From the IMG/VR virus record IMGVR_UViG_3300024358_000010: 64,000 nucleotides of DNA. One strand, given 5' to 3'. The notes under the pieces were generated by a model. The model was not told the origin of the DNA and ran no database searches. It saw nothing but the letters and a program-made list of their open reading frames with translations. A program made the translations under genes and the position numbers. Below, piece by piece: positions 11,801 through 21,436 of this stretch (the stretch's first letter is position 1; each line of letters opens with the position of its first letter). Source of the DNA: a virus.

Positions 11801-14800
11801 GCTGAGATACGGCGATGGTGAATCCCGTAGAATACGGTGCTGTACCGTTGGCGGCATCTATACGGCTGCCATTTTCTGCGTCCGTGATCGTCGCCACTGA
11901 ACCAAGTACAGATGCTGAAAACTCAGAGTCAGCTCCAACGAAAGAAGCTGTAGCAGTGGCGACAGCGCTAGCGGAAGCGCCAGATGCTATCGCGACCTGT
12001 ATGGCGCGATCACAACCGTGTGGAGGTAGCGCACTGGATCCCGTGTTGTACCACACAGCAACGCTGCCAGATTTATCATAAATCTTAAAGTATTTGCCGC
12101 CCAGAGTTGCCTGCGCAACGCCGGGAACAGACGTGGCGAACACGAATGACAAGTTGGGACCATTTGAAGCCACCGTGACTGGACCCACAAAAGAATTCGT
12201 AACAGTTATCGTATTGCTTGCAGCGATAGCGCTAAACTTAAGATCACTCTCAATCATCGCCGCAGTTTTTGTGGCTACGTTCGCCGCAGAGTCGCCAACA
12301 AGGATCGTGGGGATCCTGATATACCGAGAGCCAGCTGGACCGGTTGGCTGTGCCGCGGAGCCACTGATGTCGTACCAAAAAACTACCGGACCAACATCGT
12401 CGTACAGGACGAAGTATCTGCTGTTGTCTACTTGACCAGCCGTTGAGCCCTGTTGAGTTGTCGTAATGGTCTGCTGCATCGCCATGCCCGGCACGTCTGC
12501 CACCGCAGTAACGTTGGTAATTTCTGGAAGCCCAACAGACGTAGCTGCTCCGTTTGGATTATATATATCAATGGTGCGGTTCACGCTGTCTTTGGCGTTG
12601 ATCCTGAACGTGCCTCGGTTTGCGGCAGACACGCCTGATGCAGCAGATAGTGAGATGATATCGCCAACAACGACAGACGACAAATCCACGTAGGACTGCT
12701 GAAACTTGTATCGCCAGTTGTTCGGCGACACTTGAGTAACCTTAAACGTAGTTCCACCCACGATACCGGTAGATCTCGCGGTTCCGGACGCAAATGAATA
12801 TGTTGTCAGCGTGTAGTCTGGCTGGTTATCATGGCGAACACTTGCGGATTGATCCGGCGTAGAAGGGTACTCTAATCTTAAGCGATGCTTATCGCCGGTT
12901 GGTCCATATTCTTTTGCCCTGACGATCATCGTGGCCGTAGATGCCAGTGCACCACCTGTGCGGTACCAGTTCCTGCTTCTCATCCAGAGCGCGTAGTCAC
13001 TAAAATCAGTGCCAGCGGTAGTGGTTGACCAGACCTGCAAAGTGCCAAAGTTTATGCCGCTTTCGTTGTCGGCGTCGTCCGCGGAGAACGCAGTGGCAGA
13101 CGGAGAGTACTGGTTGTTTACCCGACCAGTTCTCCACATATTAACGTTGATTGTCTTGTTAACAGCGTCGCCATCCATGATGAACACGATCGAGTCATCA
13201 GAAGAAAGGCTTAAGCCTCGCGCGACACCGACCTCATCTCCAGCGTGATAGCCGAACTCAGTTCTTGGGGTTGCAATCTGAGTTCCAACCTCGTCACCGA
13301 CTAAAAATTCTTTAACGTATCTGAACTGTGATTTGTTCGATCCTGACGTCACGTTTACCACGTCGTCATAGGACATGGTGGAGGAGTTAAACGTCCCAGA
13401 TGCTGTGATAGTCTCACTGTATCCCGATGGGTTTGGAACCGCGTCAACATCTAGCGCGTCTTTTACGTCTGCGTAGCGAAAGCGATCGAGCCACACGTTA
13501 GTTGACGTCGGTGCGGTTCGTTTAAACATAGAAAACAAATCTTTACCAGTAACTCTTGACGCAACGTGGGACTGGTTGCCTAACTCTAGCCCTTGACCGG
13601 TAGGAAAAGCGAGGGTCATACTTCCAACAGAAACTGGAGTCGCGATAGATCCACCGTTTTCAGTTGTGCTTGTAAGTCTTACAGAGTTTGTCTTAAAGAT
13701 ACTAGCGCCAACGTTTAGAAGCCTGGTCTGAATTGAAGATGCGATGTCTTTTAGCGAGGCGCTTGCCGGTGTCGGTAGATAAGAGCCGCGCCAGATCTGC
13801 GGATAGACATTGCAACCAAAAATCTGAACATCACTGTCTGAAATTACGGTCAGAGGGCCTTGGGCCGTTGCACCAATGTTTGCCACATCTAAGTACGTGT
13901 CTGTTGATGCTGTAAGATGGCTGCCCTTAGCCAGAATCTTAAAGAGCCCCGCGTTGTTAGACGCAACCCAGCCAGAACTGGCGCCTCTGTAGACGATGTA
14001 GATATAATCGCCGACCTGAGCGCGTTCAAAAGAAGACACCGCGTTAGACATCAATCGCATAACACCAGATGAGGGTGTTGATATTGTAACTGCGCTGCCG
14101 ATTGCTAAAATCACGGCAGATCTTGGCGTCACCAAGCTACCATCGGCTGCGATCACCAGCTCTGCCGGTCTAGACGCAGAATCAGTAGACAAATTAAACG
14201 TACCATTGCTTGTCTCTGCGCTGGTAACGCTGCCCTTTGCGTCCACCGTTCCTGCGGTGATTGTATCGCCCGGGCTAAGAGTTATTTTCAACTGCAAATT
14301 GCCAGTTTGACGATTTAGGGTGAATTGAGACTGTGTTCCCGTTGAGTACGTGGAAGATCCGCTAAAGACAGTTCCTAGCAAATTACCGCCCAGCAGCGCT
14401 AAAGACGACCCAGAACCCGACTTGTTAGAGCGTATCTGAATTTTGCCACTAGATGTCGGCGTCGCCGTAATCCCAGCGAACTTTAGATTAAAAACGCTCG
14501 CCCACTCTGTTAACGAGACAGCCGTAAGCGGCTTCCCGTTGAAGTCTGCTGGTGCAAAACTCGCGTTCTGGGGCGGGGTGCCGTCAACCTGGAGAATCAC
14601 GTTGCCGCTCGTGGGTAGAGACAACCAGGGTGTTGTAGCAGTCTCTAAAAGAGCAGGAAACTCTTTCTCGGTGAGAAGCTCGTTGTTTCTGTAGAGCGTG
14701 ATGTACGAGTATTTGTTTGTCGGAAACTTAAGAACCGAGTTAGCGTATGCCGACGGATCCTCGCCGTTCTTTATCGGTGATACTTGAATATACTCTGCGT

Positions 14801-16139
14801 CATGAGCGGTTGGGTAGATCAAGATCCTTGAGGAGTTCTCTGCGAGTCTAGCCCTGAAAGCGTAACCGTTCTCTGTTGCTTGATCGTTTATTGAAACAAC
14901 AATTTCTGCCAAAGTTGCCGCGGCGATATTCGTAAATTCGCCAGCAGAGAACGTAACTTCTTCCTCTGCCCCGTCTACAGACACCCTAAGTTTCATGCCA
15001 GCTGTCAACTCTAACGGACCGGATACCTGGTTGATAACTTGAGGTCTTGGCAGCGGAAAGTTTGCGAGCTGCAAGAATTCCTCATCACCGACAGCGGATG
15101 ATAGCAGGATATCGACAGACTGGCCGGCGAATGACGGCTGAAAACCACTGCCATCATCGATGTACACGATAGATGGAGTGCCAACATCTGCGGGCTCAGT
15201 AATTACGGCGGACGAGACCTGCTTGCCGTCAGTTGAATCTGACACGCCGATGATAGCGGCTAGTATTGCTGCGCGCGTACCGCGTGCCAGTGTAGAGGCG
15301 TAGTTTTTGATTCGCTCCCGAAGTTCATCGTCAGACTCTACGTCGCGCCCATCGGTAAGCGGCGAGGTATTGGTGACTGCAGCTGAACCAAAAGGAAGAC
15401 TTGCGAATTGAACAATAGTGTTTATTCCAGCATTGCCGCTGACACCAGCATTCTCGGCAACTATAGATATCTCAGCAGCAGAATCTTCACCGGCAGGAAG
15501 AACGGCATTTCTGAGCGTTACGAACCTAACTTCTGGCGTAAGATTGTTCGCTGGAATCTTAACGATTGTTCCTGCTGGAATCAGTCGATCAAGGGTTCCC
15601 TGACCGTCAATAACTGTGTCAGATACGAGATGGTCTTTCTGAAGAGCTGAACCTAAGCTGATAGTGTAGAAACTACCATTATTAACTATAGACGTGTACG
15701 TTACTGGGCCTTCAAACTGCTGAGTGCCGCGCCCGATATAAAGCGTGCCGCCGGCAGGATCCCAATCTGACGCGTCGTTTACGTATATGATAGTTGCGCC
15801 TGCGATAGGTGCTGGCTTTACACCGTAAAGCGTCGTACTTCGCTTAACGATTGAAGTGTCTTTTATTGTGACAAAACCAGTCGACCTGATTGCTGCTCTG
15901 CGAGACAGACCGTAATCTGCTGCGCGAGTATCTAGGTCAGAGTTTTTAAGTGCGTCTATGTTTAGCGTCTCAAGAACACTCAAAATAGATGAGTTGTTTT
16001 CAAAGTCTTGAGCAGCAACAGCTTCCAGCAGAGTAAGGAGCACAGATCCTGTATTGATATCGTTGACCGGCGTGTCTGCAATTATTTTTCTGACCAGTTT
16101 GCCGAGGATTTCATTGTATGTTTGAAGACTTACAGCCAT
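8823..16139 (-). CDS. Giant baseplate J / gp6-like wedge protein (2438 aa)
   Basis: N-terminal J-like motifs (GSVLLTLLEA, AENAGVSGN, DGRDVESDDELRERI, RGTRAAI) and C-terminal J-like end (YISSLGVGGDVVLSEII). Confidence 0.85.
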   Translation of the reverse strand: MAVSLQTYNEILGKLVRKIIADTPVNDINTGSVLLTLLEAVAAQDFENNSSILSVLETLNIDALKNSDLDTRAADYGLSRRAAIRSTGFVTIKDTSIVKRSTTLYGVKPAPIAGATIIYVNDASDWDPAGGTLYIGRGTQQFEGPVTYTSIVNNGSFYTISLGSALQKDHLVSDTVIDGQGTLDRLIPAGTIVKIPANNLTPEVRFVTLRNAVLPAGEDSAAEISIVAENAGVSGNAGINTIVQFASLPFGSAAVTNTSPLTDGRDVESDDELRERIKNYASTLARGTRAAILAAIIGVSDSTDGKQVSSAVITEPADVGTPSIVYIDDGSGFQPSFAGQSVDILLSSAVGDEEFLQLANFPLPRPQVINQVSGPLELTAGMKLRVSVDGAEEEVTFSAGEFTNIAAATLAEIVVSINDQATENGYAFRARLAENSSRILIYPTAHDAEYIQVSPIKNGEDPSAYANSVLKFPTNKYSYITLYRNNELLTEKEFPALLETATTPWLSLPTSGNVILQVDGTPPQNASFAPADFNGKPLTAVSLTEWASVFNLKFAGITATPTSSGKIQIRSNKSGSGSSLALLGGNLLGTVFSGSSTYSTGTQSQFTLNRQTGNLQLKITLSPGDTITAGTVDAKGSVTSAETSNGTFNLSTDSASRPAELVIAADGSLVTPRSAVILAIGSAVTISTPSSGVMRLMSNAVSSFERAQVGDYIYIVYRGASSGWVASNNAGLFKILAKGSHLTASTDTYLDVANIGATAQGPLTVISDSDVQIFGCNVYPQIWRGSYLPTPASASLKDIASSIQTRLLNVGASIFKTNSVRLTSTTENGGSIATPVSVGSMTLAFPTGQGLELGNQSHVASRVTGKDLFSMFKRTAPTSTNVWLDRFRYADVKDALDVDAVPNPSGYSETITASGTFNSSTMSYDDVVNVTSGSNKSQFRYVKEFLVGDEVGTQIATPRTEFGYHAGDEVGVARGLSLSSDDSIVFIMDGDAVNKTINVNMWRTGRVNNQYSPSATAFSADDADNESGINFGTLQVWSTTTAGTDFSDYALWMRSRNWYRTGGALASTATMIVRAKEYGPTGDKHRLRLEYPSTPDQSASVRHDNQPDYTLTTYSFASGTARSTGIVGGTTFKVTQVSPNNWRYKFQQSYVDLSSVVVGDIISLSAASGVSAANRGTFRINAKDSVNRTIDIYNPNGAATSVGLPEITNVTAVADVPGMAMQQTITTTQQGSTAGQVDNSRYFVLYDDVGPVVFWYDISGSAAQPTGPAGSRYIRIPTILVGDSAANVATKTAAMIESDLKFSAIAASNTITVTNSFVGPVTVASNGPNLSFVFATSVPGVAQATLGGKYFKIYDKSGSVAVWYNTGSSALPPHGCDRAIQVAIASGASASAVATATASFVGADSEFSASVLGSVATITDAENGSRIDAANGTAPYSTGFTIAVSQQGVDDGVEGINATTSCSVFPLVNNDVASICNTISTSQTLIAVPVGDPALAISKATREEVYAYSGNPSALAYGHNPDPTTGLNSYVSLHDGESFVQTFSNSSPQFTLKKPLVLPGVVPSIYTMNSCPNQESADLGEFFKLIPKTIKNIKHHLTQKALSQLPIVAEVDVVDRFRRIQIKSKKLGTAGSVEIVGGRANIGEFSIFGDAIVTPGEGSVNYLELKVSAFPSTINSNDLVEIYNDLPAKRRSRLTSDSTISISMSGSNAYYRFNPRTTRIGPFTGWTIADVSASYGKVAGLVWRWTHTESGAKVIITSKVNGVITTVPTDYIADGSTESAKLQVYEYAQGVDDVVGPPAVPGKKMQFSMAISAVPTQADYFYFEADDGSTYAVWYAVDGNATTPSTVSGPYNSATYKVKVDILSTDSLNTIVSKTYIALTDPLSPAAVAFLTDFDAASIPGTNLSNVLAGDVLNAYGTFSAPWTSANQSYAAGDLKASGFPVVFVNAASRYVDVLNPTGATMASASFSGLNATISVSPTPFIRFRLKHSALSTKYKIESLGMLDLFRITRASGPSPYFADCGAAVDDFVVIGGSSFSSANAGRFRILAVDNDSLIIQNAGGVEELNTYRWLSYGSYPSNTAVTWTSGSSTVIGAAGSFANVSSGDWVKKTEDDDDYFVQVQSVGSTSITLGQNYRGVTASATGVVTNFETDVGQGTLLLSDDDLAIYEGDSVIVGDSLVVDAFTSFNWFNQVNTGTRPVVSWGSSSGIDTPYLSPYIRVTNASGISQSNRTVGLKLDGFYVLEGEDYKYKSIRQVYNTSINQTSSTQRILYLNPSDRAYKMSQAYETKVKSLGKLEFPLGITTGVDGYSYYTGLMRTVQRIIDGYEPESSTYPGQRAVGSSIEVLPPLIQQIQIALKITTKEGVNLTDITNDIKSAVINYISSLGVGGDVVLSEIIARVKAIIGIDAVTFTTPAPSEERIPVADDEKAFITPELISLS

Positions 16140-16148
16140 TGCAGCCTC

Positions 16149-17759
16149 TTATTGAGGAACGTTAACACTGAACGATATTGGTATCACAGTATTTCCACCA
16201 CCGGCCAGAACAACACCCAATGTAACAAGATAGCCGGACGCAGCGGATCCTCTGCTTCCTAAGTATTCTACCGTTAAGTTATCTAGTCTTTCAAACCTTG
16301 CATCGTTAAGAACTTGACTCGCTATATTTTCTGCTATAAACCGCTTCACCTGGTTAATATTAAAGTTCTGCGAGCCCACTGGGCTTATGGTGCCGTACGC
16401 CGGGTGGCGAGAAAGAGAACCGGCCTCCGTTGATAGTAAAATCTTCAACGCTTGCAAGGCGTTATCTGCACCGTAAGATAATTTTAGATCGCCGGATGGC
16501 GTAAAGACTAAATCAGTATCGTCGTTGATCAAGACATCAACACCCGCATTCTTCTCGTCTTCGCTCTTACTCCTTAAAAACCACGGCTCTGGTTTGTTGA
16601 GCTTGGTTTCGATTGGCTCGATGGACGGTATTAACACGTAAAAGTTACTGTTGATAGTGTTTTTCTGAAACACGCGCAAGCTAGCCTGATCAGACGTCAG
16701 ATACTGCCCAAGATTGCTTTCGCCGCTCAGCTGAATTACTAACTCGCCAGATACGGGGACTTCTTTTATGGACTCTATAACTCGTTGATCTGGTTGAGTA
16801 TTTAAATTCGACTGAAGTATGACGATCTGGTTGATAAACACTTTATCTTTGTTGTAGCGTCCCATGATATCTGTGGCTGCTATATTGATCGTGCTATCCT
16901 TACCGTTGACTATTAACGGAATCTTTTCGCCAACCTCATCAATATAGGGTGGTTTTAAGCCGTTCGCAATAGCGATCTCGATCCAGCGGTCCGGGTCGCC
17001 CATCGTTCTGGCTGCAAGAGTTTGTAAAGATTCACCATAATTAAGTCTAGTCAAAGTACCAGACGCGTAGGACAGGATATCAATATCTGGATTGTTCGCG
17101 TTGGCCCTGGCAAAAGCAAAGGGATCTATATAGGCAGTACTGTTTAGTAGTGTTTCATTTGCCAGTATGGCATCTACAGTAAATATGCCAGTTTGAAACT
17201 GATAAGAAAATACTATATCTGTTATAGATTTGCTTAAAAGTTGGGGAAGAGATCCCCTGTTGTAGACTTTATTGTAAGTCGCGTCTGTTCCGCCAATAGT
17301 GTCCGCTACGGCATCTCGACCATCTACCAAATTCTTGCGCATCTCTACGAATTCGTTTTTTGTGAACGATGATACGCGCTGCTTTTCTGTATCTATGAGT
17401 TTTTGCTCTATTGGCGAGATTGCGAGTTCGCTAACGTACATATTGTCAAAAACTGTATAATACTTTGATATTAAAGTATTATTATTGATATTTTGCTTTA
17501 TGCTCGTAGACTGCGACCTGGTGGTCTCTACGAACTCGCTAAACAATTCAATCTCTCTTAAAAGTCTAGCAACATCATCATATTGTTCAGAGTTTCGCAG
17601 TATTTTAGTTTTTATTTGCTGCCAATTTTCAAAAATATACTCTAGGCGCAGAGAGATGAGTATGGGAATATCGGATAATTTTAACTGATCATTGTCTCTC
17701 AGTTTTAACCATAAACTAATATCAGATAGCGCAGAGTATGCCTTTGAAACGGCGTCCAT
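16149..17759 (-). CDS. Baseplate protein with LysM-like and C-terminal gp25-like segments
   Basis: GESLQTLAARTMGDPDRWIEIAIANGL (LysM/gp53-like); GDLKLSYGADNALQAL..GSLSRHPAYG (gp25/W-like). Confidence 0.65.
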   Translation of the reverse strand: MDAVSKAYSALSDISLWLKLRDNDQLKLSDIPILISLRLEYIFENWQQIKTKILRNSEQYDDVARLLREIELFSEFVETTRSQSTSIKQNINNNTLISKYYTVFDNMYVSELAISPIEQKLIDTEKQRVSSFTKNEFVEMRKNLVDGRDAVADTIGGTDATYNKVYNRGSLPQLLSKSITDIVFSYQFQTGIFTVDAILANETLLNSTAYIDPFAFARANANNPDIDILSYASGTLTRLNYGESLQTLAARTMGDPDRWIEIAIANGLKPPYIDEVGEKIPLIVNGKDSTINIAATDIMGRYNKDKVFINQIVILQSNLNTQPDQRVIESIKEVPVSGELVIQLSGESNLGQYLTSDQASLRVFQKNTINSNFYVLIPSIEPIETKLNKPEPWFLRSKSEDEKNAGVDVLINDDTDLVFTPSGDLKLSYGADNALQALKILLSTEAGSLSRHPAYGTISPVGSQNFNINQVKRFIAENIASQVLNDARFERLDNLTVEYLGSRGSAASGYLVTLGVVLAGGGNTVIPISFSVNVPQ

Positions 17760-17760
17760 G

Positions 17761-18702
17761 TCATGCTCCTAGTGTGCTGTAGGCGCCCACGGCTGAATTT
17801 GCTAGACTTTTTGCTTTGTTCGCAGTGTTTTTTAATTTAGAAAACAAAGAAGGTTTGCCGTCGAGTCCTAATTCAGCGACCCTGTCTTTAAGACTAGCAG
17901 GATCTTCCTCATCCTTCGTAATACCGGTGAGGTTGTAGGCTCTCAGCCTTATCACGTAATTATAGAGCATTGGATTCTCTGCGCTTCTTTCTAACGTGAA
18001 TGTCTGAACCGCGCAGGAATATTTATTGTTATCTTTGTAGTTTAGGAAATAAAGAAGACTTTCATTTTTAGAAGCTAGCGGTGATGCTGGTTTAGGTTTT
18101 TGCTTACCTTTTGCAGCTGATTTTTTATAATCTAGCAAAAACTTATAAAAGTTATGAAAAGCTGCATAACCTGAATTGTCGTTAAAAACGCCGGCTTCAA
18201 ACCCGTTGCCAGGTTTATCTCCCCAGATATTTTTTATATCTCCAGCTTGATTTAGCGCGTTGTCAACTTTGCCAAGCGTCTTGCTGAAAAAGCCACCTGC
18301 AAGCGAAGCTAAAGAAAACGCGCTGTAATTCTGCCTACCAGAATATGATTTTGTAACCTGCTGCGACCTATCCTCTACATATCGCGGCGAAAATCCAGTA
18401 GTACCTTGAATAGTGATATCAAAATATCTTTGCTCAGAATGCTCTTCAACAGTGCCGTGCAGCGTGGATATAACGTTTGTAGCATAATGCGTTGTTATTG
18501 TTAAGTTTTGTGGATTAATTGGCAGATAAAATATTTTAAATTTGCCGTCTATTTTAGCTTTAAATCCGTAGGGTAGTGATTTATACCAATACTCTGGTAC
18601 CGGGTTGTACGTGTCGCTCGTGTTAGAGATTATCTTAGGCTTTGACGCGCCTAACAAACTACTGGCCTTAGATTTTGCTGCTTCTAATGGGTTTTCGCTC
18701 AT
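17761..18702 (-). CDS. Baseplate / tail-tube initiator-like protein
   Basis: FYLPINPQNLTIT...DITIQGTTG...FTLERSAENPMLYNYVIRL pattern; lies between spike and wedge genes. Confidence 0.5.
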   Translation of the reverse strand: MSENPLEAAKSKASSLLGASKPKIISNTSDTYNPVPEYWYKSLPYGFKAKIDGKFKIFYLPINPQNLTITTHYATNVISTLHGTVEEHSEQRYFDITIQGTTGFSPRYVEDRSQQVTKSYSGRQNYSAFSLASLAGGFFSKTLGKVDNALNQAGDIKNIWGDKPGNGFEAGVFNDNSGYAAFHNFYKFLLDYKKSAAKGKQKPKPASPLASKNESLLYFLNYKDNNKYSCAVQTFTLERSAENPMLYNYVIRLRAYNLTGITKDEEDPASLKDRVAELGLDGKPSLFSKLKNTANKAKSLANSAVGAYSTLGA

Positions 18703-18734
18703 ATAGACCTCCTAATATATGATACCAGTTGATC

Positions 18735-19718
18735 TTATAAGCTTCCCTTAACCAGGGATAGTTTTGCCTTGATGGCTTCTATTTGAGCCCAAGTTGGCGC
18801 TGACTGCACAGGCGAGCACGGCCCCACTGGAGAGCTAACAACTAAGGTACCTATGGCATCTATCAATTTTATGATGGTATCAAATAGCTCAACGCTTCCA
18901 GAGCCTATGGCAATCTGGTTCGCCTTAATCTTTACCGACGCCGTAGCCTCGATCGATGCCTGGAGAGTTGACACGGACCACGATTTCTTAGCGTTTATGG
19001 AACTATCGACGCACTCCATCTCAAGCTTTCCACTTGTTTTGGTAAAATTTAAAGTCACAGGTCCAGAGGCGATTGTTATCTTCCCGCCTGGTTTGTCTAG
19101 TTTTATTGACTGAACTAGAGGATGCGCGTCGCTGACTTCAAAACTGCCATCTTTATCAAAGGTGAAGTAAGAACCAGACGAAACTGGATTATATTGGGCA
19201 GGCGGTATTTTCTGACCAGAGATCGCTTTTAAAAGTGGCGTGTTTACCGGTGTCCCCTTGAAGGTGACCTTATACGCGCCCTCATCGTCTATGGTCGTTT
19301 CGAGTCCGTTGAACTCCGAGATGTAAGAGATCTTGCCTTTTTCTAACTTTGACTTGCGTCCTGGGTGCCTAAGGCTACCCAATATTACGCCGTCTGCTGG
19401 TGATCCGTTTAGGTGCGCGACAACGACAACGTCACCTACCCGCGTGCCCCAGTTTGCAGGAAGAGGTGCGACAGTTTTTATATTTTGAGTTCTGGGCGAC
19501 CACTCTTCGTAGTTGTAAATATCGCCAAATCTAGACATCTGGCGGCATTCGAGAAAATATCTTAGACCGCGAGATTGAACTTCCACCTTGTAGAAGTAGA
19601 TATCCAGGTCGGTGTTGTAGTTTTCTTCCCTAACAAGACCCACGTGAACGTTGTTTATGGTCGCGTTCTGACGCGTGACGTTAGGATCTAACCATAGCGA
19701 TGAGTCGTTAATAATCAT
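18735..19718 (-). CDS. Central baseplate spike (gpV/gp5-like)
   Basis: OB-fold-like VGDVVVVAHLNG..GVILG followed by short beta repeats; immediately after the hub gene. Confidence 0.7.
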   Translation of the reverse strand: MIINDSSLWLDPNVTRQNATINNVHVGLVREENYNTDLDIYFYKVEVQSRGLRYFLECRQMSRFGDIYNYEEWSPRTQNIKTVAPLPANWGTRVGDVVVVAHLNGSPADGVILGSLRHPGRKSKLEKGKISYISEFNGLETTIDDEGAYKVTFKGTPVNTPLLKAISGQKIPPAQYNPVSSGSYFTFDKDGSFEVSDAHPLVQSIKLDKPGGKITIASGPVTLNFTKTSGKLEMECVDSSINAKKSWSVSTLQASIEATASVKIKANQIAIGSGSVELFDTIIKLIDAIGTLVVSSPVGPCSPVQSAPTWAQIEAIKAKLSLVKGSL

Positions 19719-21412
19719 TTTGTTGCATCTATTTGATATGAGTCTTTGACGATTTCATCTTCAGGCTTTAGGGCGTTCCCGTCGGTGTCGATTCCAAAAG
19801 ATTGACTATCGGTCAAAACTGACCCAGAAGGGTCTGCAAAAACACCGCGAACGAAATTCACAGTAGTAACGTACGAGCGGGAACCGTTTTCTGTGTAGCT
19901 AAATCTGTGACCTACGGCTTCGATATGCGCAACCATCTGGACGTTCGATGTTTTGTTCTTTACGCTGAGTCCAGCTTTAGCTTGCTCTTTAACAAAGTTA
20001 GTCATCCCAAGGGTAGACGCGTCGAAAGATATGTTCTCTCCGACGCCGACGTAATCGTCCAGCCCCATGAACGTCACCGATCCATTTAGCATCTTGTGTG
20101 TGTCAAAGTACCAATGCTTAAGAACTGGCAACCAGTTTTTCAATCTCGATGGATCTCCGGTGCCAGACTCATTAGGTGGCAAGAATGTCGTGGAAAACAT
20201 CATGGGTTTAAGGCCGTTCCTAGCAAAGGAGCCGCCGGACGTGTCATATATCGCAGCGTCAGCTTTTGTCCAGGCGCCCATAGCCGCTTTAGCAGCTTCT
20301 TCAGGAAGAGTTACGCTTGAAAAGTCCGGCATGAGCTCGATGAAGTTAACTAGATCCCTCCAGTTGTCGCCTGCGTTAACAGAAACGATCAGCTCTTGTG
20401 GAATCTTTGTCTTCTTAAGATTGAAGAAAGGGGAAGTAATTTTTAATGCGTCTGGGTTTGCTGGTGGTGTCGGGGACAACCAAAATGGTCTTGGTCTTTT
20501 AAAGAGGGAAAGCTGAGGTTTGTCACCTTCCCACCTCATCTCGCAGAACATCTCATTTACTACGTGAGCGCTATGTTCTGTGAGTATCTGCCACACACTG
20601 TGAACCCCAACAAGCGAGTTCGGATTCATGAATCCTGTAGCCTCAACTTCGCTACTTTCGTATTGCTCTTTATTGCTAGTAAAAGATATGCGACCAAATT
20701 TATAGTGAATATTATCGGCAAGATTGTAGCTAGGAATTGTCTTATCGACCTTGGCGGCAAGTGCGATCGGCAAGACAAACTGGGAAAGCGGCGCCCATCT
20801 GTTCATATCTGGCACGCCAGGTTCTATTGGCTGTTGAGATCCCCAGGCGCGTATGATGGACTTTATCAAAATGTTTGGAGAAAAAACCTGAGATACCGGG
20901 GTGGCTTTGTCAAACAGCTCTGAATTTGAGATTAATTTTATAACTTTATAAAATGCATCGTCGAGCGCGTTAGTTATGTATGGATCAATATACAGCATCG
21001 ACTCGAAGACCTGACCCCAGTCCTTACCTTCAAGCGTATATACGCTCCTTCTTGCGCCTGATGTCTGATCAACATCAATGTTCATCCTGACGCTGTCGAT
21101 GCGGCCGATCATCTTGAGTGTTTTAGAGCTAGATTTGTAGATATCTTCCGGCTTCATGTAGTCCGGCGACATATGGATCTCGATCCAGCTGCCGGGGGAG
21201 ATGGCTGCAACCCAATTTCGCGTTGGTGCAAGTTCCACCCTAAAAGATCCAGCAGGACTGGCTTTTGTCTTAGTCGTAGATATGGACACTATTGATTTAG
21301 TCGCGACTATGATTTCATTCTGCTGTGTCGTTATATTAGCAGATCCACCTCGATCTACGTATGTGTAGATCAATATCGCTGCCGTCGGTGTTCTTGTTAA
21401 TACTGGTGACAT
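19715..21412 (-). CDS. Baseplate hub (gp27/gp44-like)
   Basis: MIGRIDSVR...YTLEGKDWG and C-terminal HIEAVGHRFSY..YVTTVNFVRG; follows the tape measure gene. Confidence 0.7.
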   Translation of the reverse strand: MSPVLTRTPTAAILIYTYVDRGGSANITTQQNEIIVATKSIVSISTTKTKASPAGSFRVELAPTRNWVAAISPGSWIEIHMSPDYMKPEDIYKSSSKTLKMIGRIDSVRMNIDVDQTSGARRSVYTLEGKDWGQVFESMLYIDPYITNALDDAFYKVIKLISNSELFDKATPVSQVFSPNILIKSIIRAWGSQQPIEPGVPDMNRWAPLSQFVLPIALAAKVDKTIPSYNLADNIHYKFGRISFTSNKEQYESSEVEATGFMNPNSLVGVHSVWQILTEHSAHVVNEMFCEMRWEGDKPQLSLFKRPRPFWLSPTPPANPDALKITSPFFNLKKTKIPQELIVSVNAGDNWRDLVNFIELMPDFSSVTLPEEAAKAAMGAWTKADAAIYDTSGGSFARNGLKPMMFSTTFLPPNESGTGDPSRLKNWLPVLKHWYFDTHKMLNGSVTFMGLDDYVGVGENISFDASTLGMTNFVKEQAKAGLSVKNKTSNVQMVAHIEAVGHRFSYTENGSRSYVTTVNFVRGVFADPSGSVLTDSQSFGIDTDGNALKPEDEIVKDSYQIDATK

Positions 21413-21436
21413 ATGCCTGCTGCGTCTTAATTATTT

